Source of the DNA: Eutreptiella sp. 'Long Island Sound 2002'
Taxonomy: Eukaryota > Protista > Euglenida
Assembly (NCBI GenBank): GCA_964036045.1
Contig: OZ038378.1
Location: 176,266,001 to 176,330,000, forward strand
DNA length: 64,000 nucleotides
Direction of reading: 5' to 3'
Positions within the stretch are counted from its first letter, which is position 1, and each line of letters starts with the position of its first letter. Shown here one piece after another: positions 22,861 through 35,081 of this stretch. The notes below the pieces were generated by a model that saw only the letters and a list, made by a program, of their open reading frames with translations, ran no database searches and was not told the DNA's origin. The position numbers were made by a program, and so were the translations under genes.

Positions 22861-24939
22861 CGGAGGCTAAATCATAAACGGAGGGGGTCCCAGACTTTTG
22901 ACCCACCCACCCAGGGTCGGGACACCCACCCGGACCCCCTTCCCCCCCTCCTGATGAACAAGGCTTGCCAACCACAAAGGCGGTGTGGCATGTCAACACA
23001 GGTCGTCCAAGCTCGAAAGCGGTAGTGTCGTTCCCACGCCATGCCCTTCTACGTTGTGGTTGTGCATGGCACGGCGGATCTGATGATTCATTGTATGGAA
23101 GCCCTCATTCACTGGCGCCTAGGCATAGTCTTTCCAGAACCTCCGGTTTCCCCTGACGCACTTTGTGCTAGATGTTGCATGATATGTGATACAACTTTCA
23201 CCGGAAAGACCCCAACAATATCCCATTTCTCCGTCACATACGTGCGCATCATCCACCTTATCCACCCCCCATAATTGTTTTGCCAACTACAGATCCAAGA
23301 GAAACGACACAAAAACTTGAGCAAATAAATTCGTTTTCGTTCTGTTCATTTGGTGACATGATTCGCCATGGCATACCATTTTTCCATTGACGGACACGGA
23401 GATAACGAGGTCCGTAATCAAGGAGATGAACCACCAAAACCATTCAACGGGGTAAGTGCAAGCCAAAAACTTGTAGAACACTGTGACTTGTGAGTCCGCA
23501 CCAATATGCTTTGACACCCCGGCGACCAGCAACACCTAGGTGACATAAAGGCAGAAGGACCTTCCGCTCGGCTGCAATGGTGAAAAAAGGTTCCCTCAGT
23601 GCCCCAAGTCGGAAATGGCACAACAGGTATCATTAGTTCGCAACTCGGGTGACAACGATCAACACAACATTGCACACCCAAGCTTGTGGGGCGTTGTTCG
23701 GCGGATCCACGAGGTATGAGTGCACAATGGAATACAACAAGGACCGGCAATCATCTGCATCTTTCCGAAGCTTCGTATGAATACCAGAGTGCATTAGGTA
23801 TGCGGCGGCCTAAATCCGATGAATCACGACGTGGACCGATTCCAATGTGGCATCCATGACACTCTGAATTTCAAGAGCAAACAGTTTCATACAAAATTCA
23901 TCATATTTCTATCATGCCAATCACTCGATTATTCAAACAAAACATTTTATGAAGATAGCAACGACAGGTCGGTCGCTAAGATGGCGATGATCAACAGGCG
24001 CACGCACAGCGCCTGCCCACCGTTGACGTGGGTTGACCCGCACCGTTGAACATGGGCACCGTTGAACAAACCAATAACAGCGTCCCGGACCACTTGCTAC
24101 CTGCCAGAGGCCGGAGGTGTCAACCGTTGACCGCTGGTGAACATCAGCGATTTTCTTTTCTTGTCCACCAACCAGCAACTGCCGCCGCTTGACAGTCACC
24201 GAGACTGAGGCTGCGCACCTTTGTTGGTGGGGATGTGGGGAGGCAGGGGTCTGGCTACCTGTGGACATACACACAGTGTAGGCTAACCAGGGTCAGTGTC
24301 CACTTTCAAGTGGCCTGGTGCAAAGATAGAACACGAACTCAGGCCGAATTGTATTGCTTTGTAGCATTGCTTGTTGCCCTTTTTGCTCTCATTACTATCA
24401 AGGCAGGCGTCACTGTCACCACTGTACTCTGAACCGTTGTTTTAAGATGGTGAATCTGACGAAATGGTACCCTCTGCTTGAAAGCCTCATCGCAATTCCC
24501 ATCCTCCTCCCCTTCAACATCATGTTGTTGAAACAAGCTTGCCCCTAGAATGGCCAGCGCCCTGTGACAGAAGGATATTGTCCAGTAGCGAACAGTCTAT
24601 GAAAGGTCTGTGGGTAACTGTAGAGGAATCGAATACATAGTGACAGGCAAGGGACCTTACTGGCTCCCCAGCTGGCAGCCTCCAACTGCCTCCAACCCCT
24701 GTGGCAAGCAGTTTGCCTCCAGAGCATCATGCGTGAAATACAATTTCCCATTGGCAAAAATATTTGCCACTCCCCATACACCACGTGCACTCTTTGCCAA
24801 CACAATTTCAGTGTCGGATGCACTGTCACTGTCTTCTTCAACACCAGTTGGCAAACCACCATCAACAGATGTCAACAATGACACATCAGCATCTGTGTCA
24901 TCCTGTGAGTCAGGTGGTCAGCACCACGCTCCCATGGGC

Positions 24940-25470
24940 CCACAACCTTGGCAAGCAGAACACCGCCTCCGGAACGCTGGAAATTGACAACAGCACTAAG
25001 TGAGTATTTGTCAATTATGAAGAGCTTAGTTGGGCTCTAGCACAGACCAAGAATCACTCCAGGGTGATAAAAGGGGGACTGATCACTGCTGTGGTGGAGT
25101 CCTGGTTCCCAAGGCAGAACAACTCATACGCCATAATCCTTGAGGATGACATCCTGGTGTCTGTGGCGATGTTTGAGTGGCTTGAACAAACATTGCCTTT
25201 GTATTCTGCCGACGCAAACTGCGCTCGCGTCAGTCTGTTCACGCCGCGTCTCAATGAGCTCAGGAAAGCCCCAGGTTGATGCTATTCTCAGCCGATTGTC
25301 CGGCAACATGTACCATCAGCAACTTCCCTGCAGCTGGGGGGCGGCATACATGACATCATTGGCAGGTGTTTCGGGGGTGGATGGCTGCACGAGTGCATAT
25401 TCAAGGACTATATTACTTGCCAATTGCCATGGGTCGAGTGTTGAATTGGCGGCAGAGCTGGAAAAAGTTT
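24940..25470 (+). pseudogene. GT2-like (GT-A) glycosyltransferase pseudogene, 5' part
   Basis: RVIKGGLITAVVESWFP, ILEDDILVS, SLFTPRLNEL, YHQQLPCSWGA and WRQSWKKF, typical of a fungal/plant/algal GT2-like family; stops and frameshifts between motifs. Confidence 0.8.
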
Positions 25471-26308
25471 TTCCAGCTCTGCTTAAAAGCTTACGAGAGC
25501 CAAGGTGAAACAGCTTCGGGTTCCTTTGTTCTTTCACTTGGGGGCAAATCAGTCCTCGTCAATTGTTGACATAGTACAGTCATTCAAATGGGAGCACTGT
25601 TTGGTCGCAATCCAGCCAAACCTGCTGCCTGGGTTGCAGCGAAGCCTGCATCCAAGCCTTCAGCTGGAGAGCGGGTTCCAGTGGCCCCCGTTGTGCATGT
25701 GTAGCTCTTCAAATTCAAATGCTCACACCAGAAGAAGTGGCACACAGAGCCTGTCTATCGCAACAGGCAGTTTCCGGGTCATTTTGTGGTGTTTGCATCT
25801 TCTGCTACGTGTCACATGTTTTGTTCCCTGGGGGGCGGGGGGGGGCAAGGGAAGTGTCACTTCGGATATGTTCCCCTGGGGATGTGAGGATACTGTTGTG
25901 CGTAGGCGGTTACTATTCAAGGTGTGTGGGGAGTAGATGTCCCAGTAGAAATCAATCCTCACCAAGCCTCACCAAAGGCAGGTTGCAAATTTTCCCACAG
26001 CAACTTCACGTCTGTATGCGAAAAACAGTCACATTGAATTGCCCCCAACCACCCCCCACCGTTGTGCACGCTGAATACGTATGCCACTTGTGTTGTTTTG
26101 CCTTCTGATGTGCGTTCTGTTGTTATATGCATGACCTTATCACAGCAGGGATGTGGCATGTGACAATTTTTTTCACCGTGGTTGTATTGGTGTGCACCAT
26201 GGCGTGGATACAGCATCCACGGACAGGTGAATTACGGATTCATGATTGGGAGCTGGAGGTTCATGTCATTGTCGACAACCGGGAAACCCCACTGCGTAAC
26301 CTGCTTCA

Positions 26309-26654
26309 GACGAAATGATGCTATTGTTGGACCGGCACATGCTGTATCCCAATTTGCATAATCAAACGAGCTTTTCCACAAACACGCTGGCCATCGGTGT
26401 GCACTTTTTTTTGTGGCAAACGACCCTAATCACCACCCATCCAACTACACCGTTCCACTGGCCGAGGAGGCGCCCAAGGTTGTTGACTCGGGCTCCTTCT
26501 TCAATGTGGCATACCAGGTTATTTCGGACAACGTGACCGGCTTGTACCCTGCCAACGCTGCCGGGCCTCCACGCAATTTCCGGAAAGCATGCAGTGACTA
26601 CTACCCAAACATGCACCGAATCTTACTGGGCATTAACACTAAAGAAGGTCTGTA
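26309..26654 (+). pseudogene. GT2-like glycosyltransferase pseudogene, 3' part
   Basis: DEMMLLLDRHMLYPNLHNQTSFSTNTLAIGVH supplies the LYPN..NQ.SFSTN...G.H motif that follows SWKKF in this family; frameshift in the T run near 26405, then NYTVPL. Confidence 0.75.
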
Positions 26655-26835
26655 GGACCGGCCCCTACCATTGTACGAGCTCTACCGCCTAATCCCGATT
26701 TTTCCACCTTTTTCCCCATGACCCCCATTGTCCGTGATCTCACCAAAGCTTCCATGTTGTATAAAATCCCAAAAATATCCCGCAAGCACACCCCTTGGCA
26801 ACCCTTGCAATAAAGTCCAAACACTTGATCAGCGA

Positions 26836-28807
26836 GATTTTGCCCCCTGCTTTGATTTGTTCGGAACCCCCCATATGGCGGACGGCAGTGGTGATGAAGT
26901 GAATCAGCCCACATGTGGGCCACTGCTGATTTTGTCCCTCGCTTTGTAGGGTGGGGGAACACAGTTGATTTTGTCCCCCGCTCTCAAGCCTTGCATCCCT
27001 CCTATACTGCAGGGGTGATGTAGCCATCTTCCCGCATGTGTGACAGTGCTACCCCCACCCCCCGTTCTATGAGGTGTTGGGGACTCCCTAGATGGCAAGG
27101 GGTGAGGTAGCCAATCTGCCCTCATGTGGGCCATTGCTGATTTTGTCCCCCGCTTTGAAGCGTTGGGGACCACCCACATGCCACGGGTGATGTAGCCAAT
27201 CTGCATGCATGTGGGCCACTGCTGATTTTGTCCCCCGCTTTGATTTGTTCGGAACCCCCCATAAGGTAGACGGCAGTGGTGATGAAGTGAATCCGCCCAA
27301 ATGTAGGCCACTACTGACCCCCCCCCCCCCCGCTGTGAAGTGTTGGGCACACCCCGGACAGCAAGGGTGATGTAGCCCATCTGCCCACATGCGGGCCACT
27401 GCTGATATTGTCCCCTGCCTTGAAGCGTGGGGAACCCCCTAGACGGTAAGGATGACGAAAATCGAATGTGCCCTCATGTGGGCCACTGCTGATTTTGTCC
27501 CTCACTTTGTAGGGTGGGGGAACACGGTTGATTTTGTCCCCCATTCTCAAGCCTTGCGACCCTCCTATACTGCAGGGGTGATATAGCCATCTTCCCACAT
27601 GCGTGACAGTGCTGCCACCCCCCCCTCCCGTTCTATGAGGTGTTGGCCCCTAGATGGCAAGGGGTGATGTAGCCAATCTGCCCTCATGTGGGCCACTGCT
27701 GATTTTGTCCCCCGCTTTGATTTGTTCGGAACCCCCCATACGGCAGACGGCAGTGGTGATGAAGCGAATCTGCCCACATGTAAGCCACTACTGATCCCCC
27801 CCCCCCCCCCGCTGTGAAGTGTTGGGCACACCCCGGACGGCAAGGGTGATGTAGCCCATCTGCCCACATGCGGGCCACTGCTGATATTTTCCCCTGCCTT
27901 GAAGCGTGGGGAACCCCCTAGACGGTAAGGATGACGAAAATCAAATCTGCCCACATGTGGGCCATTGCTGATTTTGTCCCTCGCTTTGTTGGGTGGGGGA
28001 ACACGGTTGTCCCCCGCTCTCAAGCCTTGCGACCCTCCTATACTGCAGGGGTGATGTAGCCATCTTCCCGCACGTGTGAGAGTGCTTCCCCTCCCCCCCT
28101 CCCCGTTCTATGAGGTGTTGGGGACCCTAGACGGCAAGGGGTGAGGTAGCCAATCTGCCCTCATGTGGGCCATTGCTGATTTTGTCCCCCGCTTTGAAGC
28201 GTTGGGGACCACCCAGATGCCACGGGTGATGTAGCCGATCCGCATGCATGTGGGTCACTGCTGATTTTGCCCCCCGCTTTGATTTGTTCGGAACCCCCCA
28301 TATGGCGGACGGCAGTGGTGATGAAGTGAATCAGCCCACATGTGGGCCACTGCTGATTTTGTCCCTCGCTTTGTAGGAGGGGGGGAACACAGTTGATTTT
28401 GTCCCCCGCTCTCAAGCCTTGCAGCCCTCCTATACTGCAGGGGTGATGTAGCCATCTTCCTGCATGTGTGAGAGTGCTTCCCCTCCCCCCCTCCCGTTCT
28501 TCGAGGTGTTCGGAACCCCCCATACGGCAGACGGCAGTGGTGATGAAGCTAATCCGCCCACATGTAGGCCACTACTGATTCCCCCCCCCGCTGTGAAGTG
28601 TTGGGCACACCCCGGACGGCAAGGATGATGTAGCCCATCTGCCCACATGCGGGCCACTGCTGATTTTGTCCCCCGCTTTGTAAGGTGGGGGAACAAGGTT
28701 GATTTTGTCCCCCGCTCTCAAGCCTTGCGACCCTCCTATACTGCAGGGGTGATGTAGCCATCTTCCCGCATGTGTGACAGTGCTTGCCCCCCCCCCCCTC
28801 CCGTTCT
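26836..28807 (-). repeat. 80-85 bp satellite array
   Basis: Reverse-complement units (gcccacatgtgggccactgctgattttgtccccc). Confidence 0.95.
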
Positions 28808-31800
28808 TGCAGTTGGGCCACTCCTCATTGATGAGTCAGTGTGCCGTTCCGTCACCACTCTAGGTTCCCGCTTTGCTTCGCTGGAACAGGTTCCACGGGC
28901 ACTTCTTTCCCGCAGTGGCCACAGGAGCGTCAGGGCAGTTCAGAGGCAACTGGCCCTCATGGCTCACTATCTGCCGTCGGTCAGCCAACGCTCAGTGCAA
29001 GAGGGCATAGATAAGGGCAAGGGGATATTGCACCTATACAAAGGCCACAGGCCGGTGCCTCTCACAAGCCCCCTTTGCGTTCTGAGTCACGAGTGGCCCA
29101 GCGGCGCCTCGCAGGCACGCTGGAGCTCAGCGGGTGCTACACACAATCCGTCTACTCCTACAGGTCTGAGGTACGTCCAGCCTTCATGGCCCTTGCCCTC
29201 AGGGCAGTGCAAAAACACACACACACTACAGGTAGTGGGCCGGTTCTATTGCGTGGACTAGGATGAGTCAGACGCATACTTGCGCCCCCAGAGGGAGGAC
29301 CAGTCCCGCCTGAATTCACTGCTATACCCCATGTGGGACTACGGCCCCTGGTCTCTGCAGTACTTCAACAGGATACAGGTGCGTGTGCTCACAGATGATG
29401 GCTTCACGGAGCCCTTTGTACTTGAGGTTGGCTTCCATCAGGGTGACAATATCTCACGTGAGGCGTACCAGCCACGATGCATCCTGGTCTCCACCACTCT
29501 GCCAGTGGACCCCACAGTGTATATCCCACATCAGGGCCATCGCCATGTCATCAACAACCTCATGTTTTCCGATGACAGGCGACTGTGTGCTGCCACCAAA
29601 CAGAGCATGGTTCATCAGGCACAGGTCTGTGTGTGGGGCACACGAGCCAAAGCGGGCACCATACACCCGGGTAAGTTGCTGTTCTACTCATGGCGTGTGG
29701 GTGACACAGGCATGCATCTGTGCACCGAGGATGTACCTGAATTCCAAACGGTCACATCAACGGAGCCTCCTACAGTGCTTGGCATACCAGTGACACATCA
29801 GGTCCTGCCTGTAACACGCATGCAGGGACTACTGCAGGCTGCCCGTCGCCGCAAGGCAAAAGTGAGTATGGAGTCCGTGTGTGTGCCCCTTAGTCTCAGA
29901 GCGTATGTCATGTATGTCCTGTCAGCAATGTATTACATTGGCGGCGCAGTGTGGGCCCCCCCTCAGTCAATCCATGAACTCGAGGTCCTCACCAGGAAGT
30001 ACTGGAAGAAAGTCCTGGGTCTCCCACCCTGGACCAGGGACACGTATATGCACCTGCCTGTCAGACGCGGGGGTCCGGGGTGCCCACATCTGCCATCCGG
30101 GCTCCACCTACGTCTCTTGCAGACGTATATGGCAGCCTCCCACTCCCGTAACGAGTTGTCTATGGCAGCAGCCCAGTACCTAGCTACCACTGTCTCGTCT
30201 CTTTCCGAGGGTGCAGCCCTTCAAGAGGGTATCCAGCCCATGGGACTGTTGCTGCACGCAGTCCCATCGTCAGACTGCCCGCCACTACAGCACACGGCAT
30301 GGGGCGACCTCCGTGCCTGCCTACGCTCACCAAAACTGGTGGCGGTGACAGATGCCTCCATCAAAGGGTGTGTGCATGTGTGTGATGTGGTGCTGTATGC
30401 GCCCACCGTCCCGGCCATGGCGTGTTGTGCGCTCTCGTACCGGGCCCATGATCAGGACCCAACGTACCCCGGGACCATGGCCCGTCTGCTTCTGCTTCAC
30501 ATCCTTGCTGACTGGGTAGGTGTCCTGTGGTTGGCCTACGACTGTGTTTCCGCCCTATGGCGCATGTTCACGGTGTTGCCCTGGAAGGAAACCATCTTGT
30601 CCACTATATTTCGGAGTCTATCCTATGTGTAACAGCGTATCACACTCAGAGAGCTGTGGTTGCCAGCGGAACACAACACCGGGTGGACAGACACCCTGAG
30701 TGGCCTTTAGGCGCGTGCCCATTTGACAGCCTGGGCCAGGGCATCAGTAGACCCTGGAGCGGGTGTCCCCCCTGTCGGGTCACCTTATTGGCCGCCTGGT
30801 GCTCTTCTACCGCGGGGCTCTGCTTCTGGCCCCCCACCGCTGTCTGGATGAGGTGTATCAGGCGTATGTCAGTGTGAGCCGTCCAGGTCTGGAGGCAGAG
30901 CCAGGGTGGGATGGCTCAATGTTCTGGACCCATGTAGAGTCCACACCCCTTTATGACATGGGCGGTGCGGCGCGCTTTTGCATTGTGGCTCCTAGCCCAC
31001 CAGCCACCGCCCGTGGGCGTGGCCCTAGAACGCCATTACTGCGGCGCAGTGCTTCCAGCCATGCAGAAACACGTGTTTGAAGTGTGCCCCTCCTATCACC
31101 TCACTCACATGCACACGTTTGCCGGATTGTTGGGCAGTAGTGGGCTGCCCTTGTCGGGCACCCTAATGGAGGGACACACATAAGTCCCGCATCATGGTCC
31201 GTATATACTTCGATTTTTGCGTGACCAGCACAATGTGCCCCCCCCCCGCTGGCAGGACTAGGGTACTATGTTACTGTCACCCATACAGGTCTTGTACATG
31301 TCTCAGGTGGTGCTCCGGCGCCGGGTGTAGTCAAGGGCCAAGTGGCAGAAGTGGTTCGGGCCCTCACTCGTCCCTGCCCCACAGTCGAGGAAGTGCTGCG
31401 ACGCTGGGCAGCCCTCGGTCCGTCCCTGGAGTGTGCCCCGTCGCCGGTGACGGTACAGGGCGTGACACGTCACGGTGAGGATGTATTGCCTCAGTCCGTC
31501 GGTATCGTGGTTGGCCTAGTGTTGCGTGGACTGGCCCACTGGGAATTGCAGTTATATGGACGCCTCAGCATACCACCTCCACATGTCCAGCCCCTGCGGC
31601 AGGGCAGGTTGACAACTGTCTATGCGGCTACAAGTGCAGGGGCGGATGAAGCCGCGGCTCTTGTGTCAGGTTCCAGGACCCGGTCTGCACGAATGGTGCT
31701 CGTTCATGAGCGTCCGGTTCGAGCCCCCCTTGTGGGTGCATCGACTTGGATGCATCTGCATGCAGTGGGCTCGGTGCTGGTCTTTATGGTACACTCAATC

Positions 31801-32112
31801 CCTCTGGGACCCGATGGTGTGGACCTACAATATTCGTGGTGAAGTTAGAAGTCCCAGACCAGCTCTTGCTACGTGTGCAAGGGCGGGTTCATGTCTCTGA
31901 CTGCCGTGCCCCTTGCCTGTGACCTCCAAACAGGTACATCGGCCCCTAGGATGTGTGAGAAAACTTCACTGCGCCAGTCTCGGAATGGGTCTGTGGTGGT
32001 TTGAGTGGCTCCGAGTCCAGTGCGGGGCAGCCTGCGGCACGGCCGGCTGGTGCACATCATTGGCTCTGCGATGTGTCTGGCAGGTGTTGGACACACTCCC
32101 ATCCCATCCCAT
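28808..32112 (+). mobile_element. 5'-truncated non-LTR retrotransposon (RT plus degenerate RNase H) with 13-bp TSD and (ATCCC)3 tail
   Basis: LYKGHRPVPL, YCVD*DESDAY, GFHQGDNIS and LMFSDD RT motifs; VAVTDAS..WLAYDCVSAL..LWLPAEH RNase H-like; cccctcccgttct at 28795-28807 and 32113-32125. Confidence 0.85.
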
Positions 32113-33350
32113 CCCCTCCCGTTCTATGAGGTGTTGGGGACCCCCTAGACGACAAGGGGTGATGTAGCCAATCTGCCCTCATGTGGGCCACTGCTGATTT
32201 TGTCCCCCGCTTTGATCTGTTCGGAACCCCCCATACGGCGCACGGCAGTGGTGATGAAGTGAATCTGCCCACATGTAGGCCACTACTGATCCCGCCCCCC
32301 CCCCGCGCTGTGAAGCATTGGGCACACCACGGAGGGCAAGGGTGATGAAGCCCATCTGCCCACATGCGGGCCACTGCTGATTTTGTCCCCTGCTTTGAAG
32401 CGTTGGCAACCCCCTAGACGGTAAGGATGATGAAAATTGAATCTGCCCACATGTGGGCCACTGCTGATTTTGTCCCTCGCTTTGTAGGGTGGGGGAACAC
32501 AGTTGATTTTGTCCCCCGCTCTCAAGCCTTGCAGCCCTCCTATACTGCAGGGGTGATGTAGCCATCTTCCCGCATGTGTGACATTGCTGCCCCCCCCCCC
32601 CCCTCCCGTTCTATGAGGTGTTGGGGACCCCCTAGACGGCAAGGGGTGATGTAGCCAATCTGCCCTCATGTGGGCCACTGCTGATTTTGTCCCCCGCTTT
32701 CAAGCGTTGGGGACCAGCCAGATGCCACGGGTGATGCAGCCAATCTGCATGCATGTGGGCCACTGCTGATTTTGTCCCCCGCTATGAACCGTTAGGAACC
32801 CCCCATATGGCGGACGGCTGTGGTGATGAAGCGAATCTGCCCACATGTAGGCCACTGCTGATTTTTTCCCCCGCTGTGAAGTGTTGGGCACACCCCGAAC
32901 GGCAAGGGTGATGTAGCCCATCTGCCCACATGCGGGCCACTACTGATTTTGTCCCCTGCTTTGAGGCGTTGGCAACCCCCTAGACGGTAAGGATGACGAA
33001 AATCGAATCTGCCCACATGTGGGCCACTGCTGATTTTGTCCCTCGCTTTGTAGGGTGGGGGAACACAGTTGATTTTGTCCCCCGCTCTCAAGCCTTGCGA
33101 CCCTCCTATATTGCAGGGGTGATGTAGCCAATCTGCCCACATGTGTGCAAGTGTTGATCCCCCCCACCCCCGCGCTATGGGGCGATGGGGGGGCCCTAGA
33201 CCGCAAGGGGTGATGTAGCCAATCTGCCCTCATGTGGGCCACAGCTTATTTTCTCCCCCGCTTTGAAGCGTTGGGGACCACCCACATGCCACGGGTGATG
33301 TAGCCAATCTGCATGCATGTGGGCCACTACTGATTTTGCCCCTCGCTTTG
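32113..33350 (-). repeat. 80-85 bp satellite array
   Basis: Same units, resuming in register after the retroelement. Confidence 0.95.
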
Positions 33351-34760
33351 CCTGGCGTCACACTATGGTCAGCGGTAAGGGCGGTGTTGTCCGACCGATG
33401 CATGCACAAGCACAACGGCCGTATGGGCCGCCCCACGTGGGACCTCTCCCTAACCCTGTGGGTGAAGGTTCTGCATGACCGCGAGGAGCACCCCACCCCT
33501 ACTTTGCCGAGGGAGAAATTGCTGTACTGGTGCATGCGCTCAAATCCAACATAGTGCTGCAGCACCCCAAGATGGCAGTGCCAAACACATGCTCCCCCCC
33601 AAAACTGTTCGTCCCAGCACGCAAAAGGAAGAAAACATTCGACAACACCGCGGCCCTAGCGGCCTAGTATGCAACAATCATCAGCTCATATAGAAACCAG
33701 GGATGGGACATCATCTACCCGGATGGCTCCTCTGAAAAACCTCCGGAGAAAGGGTGGGTCGGGGGGTATGGTGTGTCCTTTGGGGACCATCGCGATGTGG
33801 CGGAGTACATTCTTTTTTTGGGGGACCCAACCAACAACCGGGGCGAATTGCGGGCAGCGCTATGCAGCCTGCAGGGGCACCGGGCATGTCACTGCTCCCT
33901 CACCTGCCCAGACTCACTGCTAGTGGTCAATTGTGTGCTGGGTTGGGCACAGCAGTGGCGCCAACACAAATGGCAAAACACGTCCGGTGCAGTTAAACAT
34001 GTGGACCTGTGGACAGCGATTCTGGACCTGCTCGAGCATTAGGAGAGGCGGTAAAGTGGCTGCACATCCCCTCCCATATTGGCATCAAAGGCAATGAACG
34101 GGTGGACCACTAGGCTGATGTGGGACGGTGCCGCTCCCCCTTGCTATTCGGGCAAGTTTCCCCAGCAGGATGAGGGCCCAGACCCGGAGGAAGAATCCAT
34201 TTGGGGCTGGGGGGAACGACAAATGTCATAGCCAGACTAGGCCCCACCCGCAGTGGAGGGAGCCGACACGCCGCCGGCGACACAACTAGCCACTGCCGGA
34301 GAAGTCACAGCCACCGTCGCGAGCGCCACTGTGGGACATCGAAAATGGCACCCCGGTTCAAGTCCCCAAAAGGGCTGGGAGGCCCACGCTAGGGACTGAT
34401 GCACCGTGGTCTGTAGTGCACCCCGGTAGGGCAAGTAGGACTGACCGGACCCCCTCCACGTGCGCCACGGCCGCCACGCCATACCAAGCGGGGCCGACAC
34501 GCACATCGCTCTGCACTCCACATCCCTTCTCCCCCATGTCGCCCTAGGCGTCCATACAAGTGCTGGCATCGCTGGAGCTGGTGGCAATGGAGGGCGAGGA
34601 ACCCCCCCTCACCCGCAATCTCAGCTTTTCGACCTCGTCACAGGAGGTCTGCTCGGACGAGTCCGCGCCGACCTCTCTCTCCACGGCTTCCACGGTGTCA
34701 TGCAGCACGGGAGGGTCGCGCTGTTTCACCCCCTGAATGTTGCATGTTGTGTGTAAACCG
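33351..34760 (+). mobile_element. 3' fragment of a second RNase H-bearing retroelement family, decayed
   Basis: WDIIYPDGS..GYGVSFG..TNNRGELRAAL..PDSLLVV..W..HKW..VKHVDLW..WLHIPSHIGIKGNERVD, an RNase H1-type domain with stops. Confidence 0.8.
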
Positions 34761-35081
34761 ACTTTAACCAGACCTGAACCCATTGGGATTTTCAACCCAA
34801 GGCCGTGTACAAGCCTGACCACGTGAGGCCAAATGGGGCCACCTGACGTAGCAACACGGGGAGGGAGTGACCCATGACCGGTATGTACGCCTAACCCAAT
34901 AGAGCCCGAAGCACCCGTGTAGCTAGTGGAGGCAGGGTCGAGGGACGAGCACCGGCTCACCGAACGCCCAGCAGAAGCGCCGTACATTGGCACCAAGGAC
35001 AGAAGCCAATGACAGTTGCGGGGCAGGCGTGGCCAGAGCCTAATGCGGACACTGCAAGCTGACCATGTTGAGGCTCCCAAG

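Noticed and set aside
23280-24300. Possible decayed coding region
   Set aside because: Stops in all frames examined and no motif I could assign.
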